Origin: Chloroflexota bacterium
GTDB lineage: Bacteria; Chloroflexota; Limnocylindria; Limnocylindrales; CSP1-4
DNA length: 64,000 bases
NCBI GenBank assembly: GCA_021802585.1
Contig: JAJZRQ010000004.1
Coordinates: 190 to 64,189, forward strand
Direction of reading: 5' to 3'
Numbering within the stretch: the first letter of the stretch is position 1; every line of letters starts with the position of its first letter. Shown here in pieces: positions 43,751-53,128 of this stretch. A model generated the notes under the pieces. It did not search any database, was not told the origin of the DNA, and saw nothing but the letters and a program-made list of their open reading frames with translations. The position numbers were made by a program, and so were the translations under genes.

Positions 43751-45010
43751 TCAGCCGGGAACGACGAGCTCGGCGCGGGGGAAGTGGGTCAGTCGCTCCA
43801 CCCGGCGCGCCGCCGCGTCGAGGAGGACGAGGTCCTCGATCCGGACGCCGGTCCGGCCGTCGAGGTAGACCCCCGGCTCGACGGAGAAGACCGTCGGCGT
43901 CGGGAGCGGCTCCTCGGCCGCCGCCCGCGCCAGGCTCGGGCGCTCGTGCGTCGCGAGGCCGATCCCGTGGCCCGTCCCGTGTCCGAAGTGCGGGCCATGG
44001 CCGGCCGCCTCGATGACGTCCCGCGCGGCGGCGTCGGCCGCCCGACCCGAGGGGAGCGGCTCGCCCGCCGCCACCGCGCGCTCGAGCAGCCCGATCGTCG
44101 CCGCCTGGGCTCGCGCCACAAGCAGGTGGACGCCGAGGTCGCGCGGACGCGGCTCGCCGACGAAGAGGGTCCGCGTCATGTCGCTCCGGTACCCGGCGAC
44201 CTGGGCCCCGAAGTCGAAGAGGAGGACCTGGCCGGTGCGGACGCGGCGGGGGCCCGGCGAGCCGTGCGGGAGCGCCGCCTGGGGACCGGCGAGGACCGCC
44301 ACGTCGAACGCCAGCGCCTCCGCCCCGCCCTCCCGCATCAAGACCTCGAGGCGCCAGGCGAGGGCGGCTTCCGTGACGCCGGCCCGGATCTCGGGGAGGA
44401 GCGCGGCGAGCGCCCGGTCGGCGACGGCGGCCGCGGCCGCGATCCGCTCGACCTCCGCCGGCTCCTTCAGCGCGCGATCGGCATCGATCCACGGTCCCGC
44501 GTCGACGAGCTCGACGGCGGGAGCAGCCGCGGCGAGCGCCTCCCGGAGGCCGTGGGAGATGTCGCCGGGGGGGACCGCGACCCGGCGGGCGCCGAGCGAG
44601 GCGAGGAGCTCCGGCCAGCGAGCGGGCAGGTCGTACGTGACGGCCTCGACGCGCGCCCCCGGAGCCTCGCGCCGCGCCTGGAGCGTGTACCTCGAGTCGG
44701 CGAGGACGACGACCTCGTCCGCCGCGACGAGGAAACGCCCCGAGTGGCCCGCGACCTTCTCCTCACCGTCCCCGAGGACGACGCCGGTGAGGTAGCGGAT
44801 CTCCTCGCGGCGCAGCCCGAAGTAGGCGTCCACGCCGGCCGCCGCGAGGCGCTCGCGGAGGCGAGCGAGGCGCGCCGGCCGCGCGGCACGGTCGGCCTCG
44901 TCCCAGGCCCGCAGGCAGCGCGGCGACGGTGGCGGCGCGAAGTCCGCCGGCACCGGGAGGCCCGCCGGCCCGCCTCCGCCCCGCCCGCCCCGCCCGGCGC
45001 CGGCGCTCAC
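43751..45010 (-). CDS. Xaa-Pro aminopeptidase/dipeptidase (M24B)
   Basis: The translation reads ...DFGAQVAGYRSDMTRT..., HGTGHGIGLATHERP, VFSVEPGVYL...GVRIEDLV. The GTG overlaps the mltG stop (GTGA). Confidence 0.85.
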   Translation of the reverse strand: MSAGAGRGGRGGGGPAGLPVPADFAPPPSPRCLRAWDEADRAARPARLARLRERLAAAGVDAYFGLRREEIRYLTGVVLGDGEEKVAGHSGRFLVAADEVVVLADSRYTLQARREAPGARVEAVTYDLPARWPELLASLGARRVAVPPGDISHGLREALAAAAPAVELVDAGPWIDADRALKEPAEVERIAAAAAVADRALAALLPEIRAGVTEAALAWRLEVLMREGGAEALAFDVAVLAGPQAALPHGSPGPRRVRTGQVLLFDFGAQVAGYRSDMTRTLFVGEPRPRDLGVHLLVARAQAATIGLLERAVAAGEPLPSGRAADAAARDVIEAAGHGPHFGHGTGHGIGLATHERPSLARAAAEEPLPTPTVFSVEPGVYLDGRTGVRIEDLVLLDAAARRVERLTHFPRAELVVPG

Positions 45011-46323
45011 GGGACGTAGCCGTACGCGCGGAGCTTCCGGAGGTGCTCCTCGTACGTCTTCGAGAAGTCGTGCTTCCCGTCCCCGCCGGGGATCGCCACG
45101 AAGTAGAGGTAGCCGGCCTTCGTGGCGGGGGCGAGCGCGGCGTCGATCGAGGTCACCGTGGGGGTGCAGATCGGGCCGGGGAACATCCCCTTCTCGCGGT
45201 ACGTCTGGTAGCCGGCGATCGAGGCCGGGAAGTCGATCGAGGCGAGCGGGTCCGGCGGGACATTCCAGAACGAGTACTCCGGCCAGGACGCGAGCGGGAG
45301 GTCGCGGAGCGCGAGCGTGTCGACGCCCCAGATGACCGTCGGGTCGGCGTTGAGGAGCATCCCCCGCGCGATCCGGTTCGCGTAGACGCCGGCGACGAGC
45401 GGCTTCTCGCTGTCGAGGCGCGTCTCGCGCTCGACGAGCGAGGCGAGGGCGACGACCTCGTGGAACGGGACCCCGGTCGCCCGCGCGGCCGCGATCCGCT
45501 CCGGCCCGACCTCGGCGTAGAACCGGTCGAGCATCTGGCGGACGAGCTCCTCGGGCGTCGCGTCGGGCAGGACGCGGTAGGCTCCGGCCGCGAGGTAACC
45601 CTCGAGCGAGGCGCCCTTCGGGAGGTCGAGCCAGGGGTAGTCGGCGAGGAGCGACGCCGGCGGGTCGCGGACGAGGGCGAGGAAGTCGGCGGCCGACATC
45701 TGGAGCGCGGCGATCTCCGGCGGCCGCGCCTCGATGTACGCCGTCATCTGCTCGATCCGGAGACCGGCCCGGAACTGGATCGTGAGCGAGGGGTCTTTCG
45801 CCTCGAGGAGCGTCGTCACGAGCTGGTCGGGGGTGAGGTTCCGACGGAGGAGGAACGTCCCGGCATCGAGCGAGCCCGCGAGGTTGCGCTCGATCGCGAT
45901 GAGGAGGAACGCCCGGGCGTCGCGGAGGAGGCCCTCGTCGACGAGGCGGCCGGCGATCCCCGCCGCGGTCTCGCCGGCGGTCACCGTGAACTCGACGACC
46001 GTCGGGTCGCCGCTCGCCGGCAACGTGAGGAGGTCACCGAGATCCTCGCGGACGAAGTCGGCGACGAACGGGAGGCCGAGGGCCCGCGGGTTGGCGTCGG
46101 CGAGCCCCACGACGAGGCTCCGGGTCAGCGGCCGGAGCACGGTCCCGGAGGCGAGGAGGACGACGGCGGCCGCGACGGCGAGGAAGACGAGGAACCGGGC
46201 GAGGCCGCCCCTCCCCGCCCGGGACCGGCGGTCGCGGGCGGTCTCGTAGCGCGACACCGTGCCGCCGGCGCCCGGTGCCGGTCGCGACGCCCCGCGGGCG
46301 TCGGCGTCGAGCGGGCGCGCCAT
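45007..46323 (-). CDS. mltG: endolytic murein transglycosylase MltG (YceG-like)
   Basis: An N-terminal TM helix is followed by a LysM-like segment (FTVTAGETAAGIAGRL), then ...ALASLVERETRLDSEKPLVAGVYANRI.RGM.L.ADPTV.. and ...YFVA..DG.H.FS.T..EH. Confidence 0.85.
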   Translation of the reverse strand: MARPLDADARGASRPAPGAGGTVSRYETARDRRSRAGRGGLARFLVFLAVAAAVVLLASGTVLRPLTRSLVVGLADANPRALGLPFVADFVREDLGDLLTLPASGDPTVVEFTVTAGETAAGIAGRLVDEGLLRDARAFLLIAIERNLAGSLDAGTFLLRRNLTPDQLVTTLLEAKDPSLTIQFRAGLRIEQMTAYIEARPPEIAALQMSAADFLALVRDPPASLLADYPWLDLPKGASLEGYLAAGAYRVLPDATPEELVRQMLDRFYAEVGPERIAAARATGVPFHEVVALASLVERETRLDSEKPLVAGVYANRIARGMLLNADPTVIWGVDTLALRDLPLASWPEYSFWNVPPDPLASIDFPASIAGYQTYREKGMFPGPICTPTVTSIDAALAPATKAGYLYFVAIPGGDGKHDFSKTYEEHLRKLRAYGYVP

Positions 46324-46379
46324 CGGGGGCCGACCGCCCGGATCCTTCCCGTCACGGGGCCCTGCCCCGCCGCGGACCG

Positions 46380-46904
46380 TCACGCCTCCTCCTGTCCCGT
46401 CGGGCCGTCGCCCGACGCGGTCCCGCCGCGCGGCGCGACGGGCTCTCCCGGCCGGCCGATCCGCCGCCCCTCGAGCTCGTCCTCGAGGATCACGGCGGCC
46501 GCCACGCGGTCGATCCGCGCCCGGTGGGCCGCACGACGGACCGGGCCCGGAGGGCCGCCGGCCCGTCCCCGGCCCGGAGCTCCGACCCGCGCCTCGGCGA
46601 CGTGGCTCGTGAGCCGCTCGTCCCGGAGGCGGACGACGAGGCCCGTCCGCTGCGCCACCGCGAGCGCCCATTCTCGCGCCTCGACCGCCATCGCGCCCTC
46701 CGTGCCCGCCATGTCGAGCGGGAGTCCCACGACGAGCTCGTCGATCGCGTTCGCGGCGACGACCCGGGCGAGGGCCGCGACGTCGGCGTCGACCGAGCGC
46801 CGCCGAGGGACCGTCGCGAGCGGCCGGGCCCGGAGGTCGCCCTCGTCGGCGATCGCGAGGCCCACGCGGCGCGTGCCGAGGTCGACCCCGAGGAGGCGGG
46901 TCAC
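46380..46904 (-). CDS. ruvX: Holliday junction resolvase-like RuvX (YqgF)
   Basis: The translation is (M)TRLLGVDLGTRRVGLAIAD...VVGLPLDMAGTEG.......W...V.....L.V.L.DERLTS. The GTG overlaps the upstream stop (GTGA). Confidence 0.85.
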   Translation of the reverse strand: MTRLLGVDLGTRRVGLAIADEGDLRARPLATVPRRRSVDADVAALARVVAANAIDELVVGLPLDMAGTEGAMAVEAREWALAVAQRTGLVVRLRDERLTSHVAEARVGAPGRGRAGGPPGPVRRAAHRARIDRVAAAVILEDELEGRRIGRPGEPVAPRGGTASGDGPTGQEEA

Positions 46905-48721
46905 GGGGCCGCGGTCGGCGGGCCGGTCGGCGCGGGAGGGGAGGGCGTCGGGCCCGCCGGCGGCACATCCTCGATGACGACGACGAGGCGGGCGTCGAGC
47001 GAGGTGACCGTCGCGACCCAGTCGGGCCAGAGCGCGACGTCGGCCGCGCCGTACTCGGCGAGCGCCGCCCGCGCCTCCGCCGCCGTCCGCCCCTTCACGA
47101 GCGCCCGGACCGCGTCCTCGGTGAGGCTCCGGACCGCCTCGGCGCGGGCCTCCACGGGGTAGCGGACCGTCTCGCCCGCCACGATCCCGTCCCCCACCGT
47201 CACGGACGTCGAGCCGCCGAGGAGGGCCATCCCGTCCGGCACCTTCGCCGCGACGCGCTCGGCCCCGAGCGCCTCGAGCGGCGCCGGGTCGACGGCGACG
47301 ACCGTCCCCGCTGCGGTGAGCGTGAGGTCGAACGTCGCGGCCTCCGTTCCGACGAGGTCCGCCGCGGTGGCGGACGGGACCGGGTCGCCGCGGCGGGCGG
47401 TCTGCGGGTACACGATGCCTCCCGGGGGAACCGCCGGCGGGGACGCCGCCGCGGTCGCGAGCTGCGCGTCGAGCTCGCCCGTGAGCTGGGCGACGGCGGC
47501 GACGACGTCCTCCTCGGCGACCTGGGGGAACTCCTCGCGCGAGCCCCCCGACGTCGCGGCGGGGTTCGTCACCTTGATGACGACGTCGTTGTACTCCCCT
47601 GGCACGACGGTGATCGCCCCGGCCGCGACGTTGCCCGCCGGGCCGTCCTTCACCGCGGCGACGTCGACCGTGCGGCTCTGGCACGTGATCCGCGGCGGGG
47701 CGATGATCGCGACCGGCAGGAAGACGGCCTCGGCGGTGCGGAACGCGATCCCGGCCCCGGTCCGGGCGAGCGTCCCCTGCGGGATCGTGTACGCCCGGGT
47801 CGGGTCGCAGTTCGTCCAGCGCACCTGGCCGCTGGCCGGCGTGGCGACGACCCGCTTGCCCGTCGCCGGGAACGTGCCGGTCACCGACAGCGCCAGGGGG
47901 AGCCGCGTCGCCGGGATCGCCGCCGTCGCAGCGTCGACCGCCGTCGCCGCGGGGTCCGCGATCCCGGTGAAGACGATCGGCCCGACGGGATGGCTCACGA
48001 GCCGGAGGGTGATCGTCGCGGCCGGGAGGAGCACGTACCCGACGGCCGCCCCGGTCCCGGCGAGGAGCGTCGCCCCGAGCGCGAGGGCGACGACGAGCGG
48101 CCAGCGGCGGCGTCGCGCCGGCGGCCCCGCAGCGGAGGCCCCGAGGCCCGTCGACGCCCCGACCTGCCCGTGCGGCCGTCCACCCCCGACCCCGGCCGGC
48201 CCGCGGGGCACCGCCTCGCCCGGCGCGAGCCCGGCGCCTGGCCCGCGCTCCCCCGTCCGCGACGCCGAGGCGGGTGCCGGCCCCGCCCCGACGCCCCGCG
48301 CCACCCCGCCTCCCGGCCCCACGGGCGGAGGCTCCGCCCCGACGCGTCCCCGCGCTCCGCCCGCGGCGGGTCCCGCACCGCCTCCCGCCGCGCGACCCGC
48401 CGCCGCGGGCGACGGACCACGCCCCCCGCCGTCGTCCGCCTCCCCCGCCGGGCGGCCGGCATCCTCGAGCTCCACGACGGAGGCGAAGACCGGCAGCCCC
48501 GCGGACGCCGCGAGGGCGCGCGTCGAGGGCTCCGGGGCGACGATCGCGAGGCGGCGGCCGCGGTCCGAGGCCTCCCGGGCGAGGAGCCGGAAGTTGATCC
48601 GGCTCGTGGCGATCCGCGAGCCGGCCGGCAGGACGAGGGCGACGTCGACGTCCTCCGCCGTCCGGATCCGCGCCGCCGCCGAGGTGATCTCGTCGTCGAT
48701 CTCGAGGTAGACGGTCGTCAT
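46901..48721 (-). CDS. 606-aa bitopic membrane protein of unknown function (partner of the FtsA-like ATPase)
   Basis: ATG 48721 lies 8 nt after the stop of the upstream gene. The protein has an N-domain (MTTVYLEIDDEITSAAARIRTAEDVDVALVLPAGSRIATSRINFRLLAREA...). A Gly/Pro/Ala linker of about 120 aa and a TM helix (WPLVVALALGATLLAGTGAAVGYVLL) follow. The remainder is a ~370-aa ectodomain (...GQVRWTNCDPTRAYTIPQGT...GNVAAGAITVVPGEY...VTNPAATSGGSREE...). Confidence 0.65.
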   Translation of the reverse strand: MTTVYLEIDDEITSAAARIRTAEDVDVALVLPAGSRIATSRINFRLLAREASDRGRRLAIVAPEPSTRALAASAGLPVFASVVELEDAGRPAGEADDGGGRGPSPAAAGRAAGGGAGPAAGGARGRVGAEPPPVGPGGGVARGVGAGPAPASASRTGERGPGAGLAPGEAVPRGPAGVGGGRPHGQVGASTGLGASAAGPPARRRRWPLVVALALGATLLAGTGAAVGYVLLPAATITLRLVSHPVGPIVFTGIADPAATAVDAATAAIPATRLPLALSVTGTFPATGKRVVATPASGQVRWTNCDPTRAYTIPQGTLARTGAGIAFRTAEAVFLPVAIIAPPRITCQSRTVDVAAVKDGPAGNVAAGAITVVPGEYNDVVIKVTNPAATSGGSREEFPQVAEEDVVAAVAQLTGELDAQLATAAASPPAVPPGGIVYPQTARRGDPVPSATAADLVGTEAATFDLTLTAAGTVVAVDPAPLEALGAERVAAKVPDGMALLGGSTSVTVGDGIVAGETVRYPVEARAEAVRSLTEDAVRALVKGRTAAEARAALAEYGAADVALWPDWVATVTSLDARLVVVIEDVPPAGPTPSPPAPTGPPTAAP

Positions 48722-48729
48722 CGCCGCGC

Positions 48730-49992
48730 CTACAGCTTCATCGAGCGGAGGACCCGCCGGAGCGCCGCGTCGAGCGGGTCCTGCTCCGCCTGGAGCTCGA
48801 TCGCCTGGTTCGCCAGCCCGAGCGGCGTCACGTCCTGCTGGTCGACGAGGAGCTGCGTCGCGTCCTCGAGGCTCTCGACCATCTCCGGGCTCATGACCGT
48901 GACCTCCGGCGGCCGGCTGAAGGCGAGGCGCTTCCAGAACGGCTCCGTGCGGAGCGCCGCGGCGGTCTCGGGAAGCCGCGAACCGCCGCCGCAGAGGTAG
49001 ATCCGCGAGGGGAGCATGTCGCCGCCGCCGAGCTCGTCGAGGACGAGCTCCATCCCCGCCGCCCAGACGGCCACGTCGTCGGCGACGATCCCCGCGATCT
49101 CCTCGCGGTGCTCGACGTCGAGGCCGCGGGCGTAGTCGATCTTCAGCGCCTCGGCACGCGGGAACGGCAGGTCGAGGCGGTCGGCGATCGACTTCGTGAA
49201 CGCCCGCCCGGCGAGGGCGAACATCCGCGTTCCCTCGATCCCGCCGGCGCGGACGAGGGCGACGTCGGTCGTCCCGCCGCCGATGTCGACGAAGAGCGCG
49301 CCCGCCTGGCGGACCTGCTCGCTCCCGACGACGCGGGCGACGGCGTAGGGCTCGGCGACGATCTCGAGGAGCTCGAGGTCGAGCTCGGCGGCCACGCTCT
49401 GGAGAGCGCCGAGGTGGACGAGCGGCGCGAAGGCGTTGAAGATCCCGATCCGGACGTGGCGACCCTGGAAGCCGACCGGGTTCGTGACGGCATAGCCGTC
49501 GATGCTCGCCGAGGTGACCGCCGCGTGGACGAGCCGCACGTCGACGTTCGGGAGCCCGGTCTCCCAGGTGATCGCCCGCTCGGCCTCCTGGAGCGCCTCG
49601 CGCTGGACCGCGTCGATGAGCTTCTGGAGCTCGGCGTCGGAGATCGGCGCGTCGGGCCGCCGGCGCTCCTGGATGTGGCTGACGGTGAAGCCCTTCACGA
49701 GCTCGCCGGCGATCCCGATGACGACCTGCGTCGGGCGGAAGCCGGCCATCTCCTCGGCCTCCTGGAGCGCGACGGCGCAGTTGTCGACGACCGCCCCGAT
49801 GTCGGTCACCATCCCGGACTGCATGTGGGCGAGGCCCTGGCGCTTCCGTCCGACGCCGCGGACCGTCCCGTGGCCGCGATCGTCGATGTCGAAGACGAGC
49901 GCCTTCGCGAACTCGGTGCCGATGTCGAGCGCCGTGCACGCGGCCAGCTCGTCACCGCCGTCGCGATGCCACAGCCGCCGCAGGAAGACCAT
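48730..49992 (-). CDS. actin/Hsp70-fold ATPase, FtsA/PilM-like
   Basis: The motifs are ALDIGTEFAKALVF (phosphate 1), FVDIGGGTTDVALV (phosphate 2) and IYLCGGGSRLP (adenosine). The C-terminus ...DAALRRVLRSMKL is basic and amphipathic. The gene starts 6 nt after the alaS stop. Confidence 0.75.
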   Translation of the reverse strand: MVFLRRLWHRDGGDELAACTALDIGTEFAKALVFDIDDRGHGTVRGVGRKRQGLAHMQSGMVTDIGAVVDNCAVALQEAEEMAGFRPTQVVIGIAGELVKGFTVSHIQERRRPDAPISDAELQKLIDAVQREALQEAERAITWETGLPNVDVRLVHAAVTSASIDGYAVTNPVGFQGRHVRIGIFNAFAPLVHLGALQSVAAELDLELLEIVAEPYAVARVVGSEQVRQAGALFVDIGGGTTDVALVRAGGIEGTRMFALAGRAFTKSIADRLDLPFPRAEALKIDYARGLDVEHREEIAGIVADDVAVWAAGMELVLDELGGGDMLPSRIYLCGGGSRLPETAAALRTEPFWKRLAFSRPPEVTVMSPEMVESLEDATQLLVDQQDVTPLGLANQAIELQAEQDPLDAALRRVLRSMKL

Positions 49993-49998
49993 CCCGGC

Positions 49999-52764
49999 TC
50001 AGCCGCCTGGTCCGCCCGGCGACGCCGCCGCGAGCGCCGAGCGGACCGTCGCGAGGGCGTCGGGGAGCCCGTCTCGGCGGCTCCCCTTCCCCTGCGCCAT
50101 CTCGGGCCGGCCGCCGCCCCTTCCGTCGACCGCGGCGATCGCCGCCCGGACGAGGTCGCCGGCGGAAACGCCGCGCCCGACGAGGTCGTCGGACACCGTG
50201 ACGAAGAGCTGCGGCTCGTCGGCGTCGAGGCCCAGGGCGACGACCCCCGACCCGAGGAGCGCCCGGACGTCGCGGGCCGCCCCCTTGAGGGCGTCGATCG
50301 ACTCCCAGGCCCCGACGCGGGCGACGAGCCGGACGCCGGGGACGACCTCCTCCGCTCCGGCCGCCAGGTCGCCGGGACGGGGCGGTCCGCCCCCGCCCTC
50401 CCGGAGCCGCCGGCGCGCGTCGCGCAGCTCGGCCTCGAGGGCCGCGACCCGGTCGAGGATCGCCTCCGGCGAGCGCGCGCCGAGCCGCTCCGCGATCTCG
50501 TCGAGGAGCTGCGACCGCGCCCGGAGGTGGGCGTCGGCCGCGTCGCCCGTGAGGGCCTCGATCCGGCGCATCCCGGACCCGATGCTCCGGTCGCCGGTGA
50601 TGACGAAGCTCCCGACCTCGCCGGACGCTCGGCAGTGGGTCCCGCCACAGAGCTCGAAGCTGAAGTCGCGGACCCGCACGGTGCGGACCGTCTCCCCGTA
50701 CTTCTCGTCGAAGAAGGCGTCGGCACCCGCCTCGATCGCCGCGGCCATCGTCATGAACGCGATCGCCACGGGGCGGTCCTCGCGGACGACCCGGCGGACC
50801 TCGTCCTCGATCCGCCGCCGCTCCTCGTCGGTGAGCGCCCGGTCGAGCGGGTAATCGAAGCGGAGGTAGTCGGGGGCGACGAGGGAGCCCGCCTGCTTCG
50901 CCGCCGGCCCGGCGACGTTCCGCAGGGCGCGGTGGAGGAGGTGCGTCGCCGTGTGGTTCCGCATCGTCCGCGCGCGCCGCTCCGCGTCGACGACGGCGGC
51001 GACCCGGGCCCCGACGCGGAGGCGCCCGTGGAGCGTCCCGCGATGGACGACGAGGCCGCCGGCCGGGCGCTGCGTGTCCTCCACGGCGAAGAGGGCCGAG
51101 CCGCCGCCCGGCTCGCGGAGCTCGCCCCGGTCGCCGACCTGGCCCCCGCCCTCGGCGTAGAACGGCGTCCGGTCGAGAACGACTTCGGCCTCACCGTGCC
51201 CGGTGAGCTCGTCGTACGCGACGCCGTCGCGGACGACCGCCGCGACGGTCGCCTCGGCCGCGGTCGTCTCGTAGCCGAGGAACATCGTGTCCCCCACGCG
51301 CCGGACGGTCGCCTCGTAGAGCGCCAGGAGCTCCGCGTGGCGCGCCAGCTCGGCCTTCCGGCCGCCCCGGCTCCGGTCGCGCTGCTCGGCGAGCGCCGCC
51401 TCGAACCCGACCCGGTCCACGCGGACGCCGTGCTCGGCGGCCAGCTCGATCGTGAGGTCGACCGGGAAGCCGAACGTGTCGTGGAGGCGGAACGCGAGGT
51501 CGCCGGCGAGGACGGGCGCGTCGGCGGGGACCTCCTCCGGCCGGCGCCCGACGACGCGCTCCCCCACGGCCAGGGGCGCGAGGGCCTCCTCGAGCTGGGC
51601 CGTCCCGGCGTCGAGCGTCCGGGCGAACTGGGCCTCCTCCCGGGCGACCGCGGCGAGGATCCGCGCGCGCTCCTCGCGGAGGACCGGGTACGCGTCGCCC
51701 ATGACCTCGACGACGGTCGCGACCGTCTCGGCGAGGAACGGCTCCCGCCGGCCGAGGAGCCGCCCGTGACGCACCGCCCGGCGGAGGATCCGCCGGAGGA
51801 CGTAGCCGCGCCCCTCGTTCGACGGGAGCACGCCGTCGGCCACGAGGAACGTGATCGCCCGGCTGTGGTCGGCGATCACCTGGTAGCTGAACCGCTCGGC
51901 CTCGAACGCCTCGGGGTCGTGGCCGAGGAGGCGGCGAAGCGTCTGGTGGATCGGGGTGAAGAGGTCGGTGTCGTAGTTCGACAGGACCCCCTGGAGGACC
52001 GAGGCGAGGCGCTCGAGGCCCATCCCGGTGTCGACGCTCGGGAACGGGAGGGGCACGCGGGGACCGTCGGGGAGCTGGTTGAACTCCATGAACACGAGGT
52101 TCCAGACCTCGAGCCAGCGCGGGCACTGCTCCGAGTGGTCGGGGACGCAGTGCGGCCCCTCGGAGAGGTGGGCGCCGCGGTCGTAGTGGATCTCGCTGCA
52201 CGGCCCGCATGGACCCGTCTCGGCCATCCGCCAGAAGTTCTTGTCGTCGCCGGCGTCGACGTCCCCCCAGCGGGCCATCCGCTCGGGCGGCAGGCCGATC
52301 TCGTCGCGCCAGATCGACCAGGCGACCTCGTCGTCGCGATACGTCGTCGCCGCCAGCCGCTCGCCGGGGATGCCGAGCTCCCGGGTGAGGAACTCCCAGG
52401 CCCAGTGGATCGCCTCGCGCTTGAAGTAGTCGCCGAAGCTCCAGTTGCCGAGCATCTCGAAGAGCGTGTGGTGGCGCGGCGTCCGCCCCACCTCCTCGAA
52501 GTCGTTGTGCTTGCCGGCCACCCGCAGGCAGCGCTGCACGTCGACCGCACGCGTGTAGCTCCGCTTCTCGGCCCCGGTGAAGACCTCCTTGAACTGGACC
52601 ATCCCGGAGTTCGTGAAGAGGAGGGTCTGGTCGCCGGCGGGGACGAGGCTCGCGCTCGGCACGATCGTGTGGCCCCGCGCGGCAAAGAAGTCGAGGAAGC
52701 GCCGACGGACCTCGGCGGCGGGGAGGGGGGCCAGGGGCGTGGGGCGCGGCTCCGGGATCGACAT
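49999..52764 (-). CDS. alaS: alanine--tRNA ligase
   Basis: The translation reads FLDFFAARGHTIVPSASLVP..DQTLLFTNSGMVQFK..F.G, ...MLGNWSFGDYFK..., editing HxxxH/CxxxH (HTATHLLH ... CGGTHC) and a DHHA1-like C-terminus. ORF 49999..53259 was trimmed at ATG 52764. Confidence 0.95.
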   Translation of the reverse strand: MSIPEPRPTPLAPLPAAEVRRRFLDFFAARGHTIVPSASLVPAGDQTLLFTNSGMVQFKEVFTGAEKRSYTRAVDVQRCLRVAGKHNDFEEVGRTPRHHTLFEMLGNWSFGDYFKREAIHWAWEFLTRELGIPGERLAATTYRDDEVAWSIWRDEIGLPPERMARWGDVDAGDDKNFWRMAETGPCGPCSEIHYDRGAHLSEGPHCVPDHSEQCPRWLEVWNLVFMEFNQLPDGPRVPLPFPSVDTGMGLERLASVLQGVLSNYDTDLFTPIHQTLRRLLGHDPEAFEAERFSYQVIADHSRAITFLVADGVLPSNEGRGYVLRRILRRAVRHGRLLGRREPFLAETVATVVEVMGDAYPVLREERARILAAVAREEAQFARTLDAGTAQLEEALAPLAVGERVVGRRPEEVPADAPVLAGDLAFRLHDTFGFPVDLTIELAAEHGVRVDRVGFEAALAEQRDRSRGGRKAELARHAELLALYEATVRRVGDTMFLGYETTAAEATVAAVVRDGVAYDELTGHGEAEVVLDRTPFYAEGGGQVGDRGELREPGGGSALFAVEDTQRPAGGLVVHRGTLHGRLRVGARVAAVVDAERRARTMRNHTATHLLHRALRNVAGPAAKQAGSLVAPDYLRFDYPLDRALTDEERRRIEDEVRRVVREDRPVAIAFMTMAAAIEAGADAFFDEKYGETVRTVRVRDFSFELCGGTHCRASGEVGSFVITGDRSIGSGMRRIEALTGDAADAHLRARSQLLDEIAERLGARSPEAILDRVAALEAELRDARRRLREGGGGPPRPGDLAAGAEEVVPGVRLVARVGAWESIDALKGAARDVRALLGSGVVALGLDADEPQLFVTVSDDLVGRGVSAGDLVRAAIAAVDGRGGGRPEMAQGKGSRRDGLPDALATVRSALAAASPGGPGG

Positions 52765-52777
52765 CCGGGTAATGGTA
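52762..52777 (-). promoter_or_regulatory. candidate -10 box TACCAT plus 7-nt spacer plus ATG (leaderless alaS mRNA)
   Basis: The minus strand reads ttcggTACCATtacccggATGtcg. Confidence 0.4.
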
Positions 52778-52822
52778 CCGAACGGCGCGCGCGGGACGGG
52801 GGGTGGCGCGCGGTGGCCGCGC

Positions 52823-53125
52823 TCAGCCGCCGCCGGTCGGGCCGGGCCCCCTGTCGCGCGACGGGCCGAGGATCGAGACGAGGACGACGAACGCGATCCC
52901 CAGCCACGCGCCCGCCGACGCAGCGACGAGGCGGAAGTCGCCGATCCGGAGGACGTCGATCCCGAGCCGCCCGCCGAGGGCGTCGCCGGCCCACGCCCCC
53001 AGCACGGCGAGGATGGCCACGAACGGGAGGCGCGCCCCGGCCACTCCGGTGACGAGGACCGCGAACGCCGTCCAGAAGACGCCGACGAGGACGGCGAGGA
53101 CGATCGACGGCCCGACGAGCGGCAC
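52823..53125 (-). CDS. small hydrophobic membrane protein (hypothetical)
   Basis: The 100-aa product has three predicted TM segments (SIVLAVLVGVFWTAFAVLV, LPFVAILAVLGAWAG, GAWLGIAFVVLVSIL). The GTG lies 3 nt after the mnmA stop. Confidence 0.5.
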   Translation of the reverse strand: MPLVGPSIVLAVLVGVFWTAFAVLVTGVAGARLPFVAILAVLGAWAGDALGGRLGIDVLRIGDFRLVAASAGAWLGIAFVVLVSILGPSRDRGPGPTGGG

Positions 53126-53128
53126 CGC

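Noticed and set aside
48104-48460. Apparent repetitive DNA occurs here and at about 42375-42500 and 38240-38330.
   Set aside because: These are coding low-complexity linkers (Gly/Pro/Ala, Pro/Thr, Gly/Asp), not discrete tandem DNA repeats. I could define no regular unit length.
49108-53052. A 1314-aa plus-strand ORF lies opposite alaS and the FtsA-like gene. A similar 1344-aa ORF (56013..60047) lies opposite the transporter/kinase operon, and a 1119-aa ORF (10232..13591) lies opposite the Moco genes.
   Set aside because: The reasoning is the same. They are antisense to genes with strong motif evidence, have low-complexity Arg/Glu/Asp/Pro composition and lack a plausible start context.
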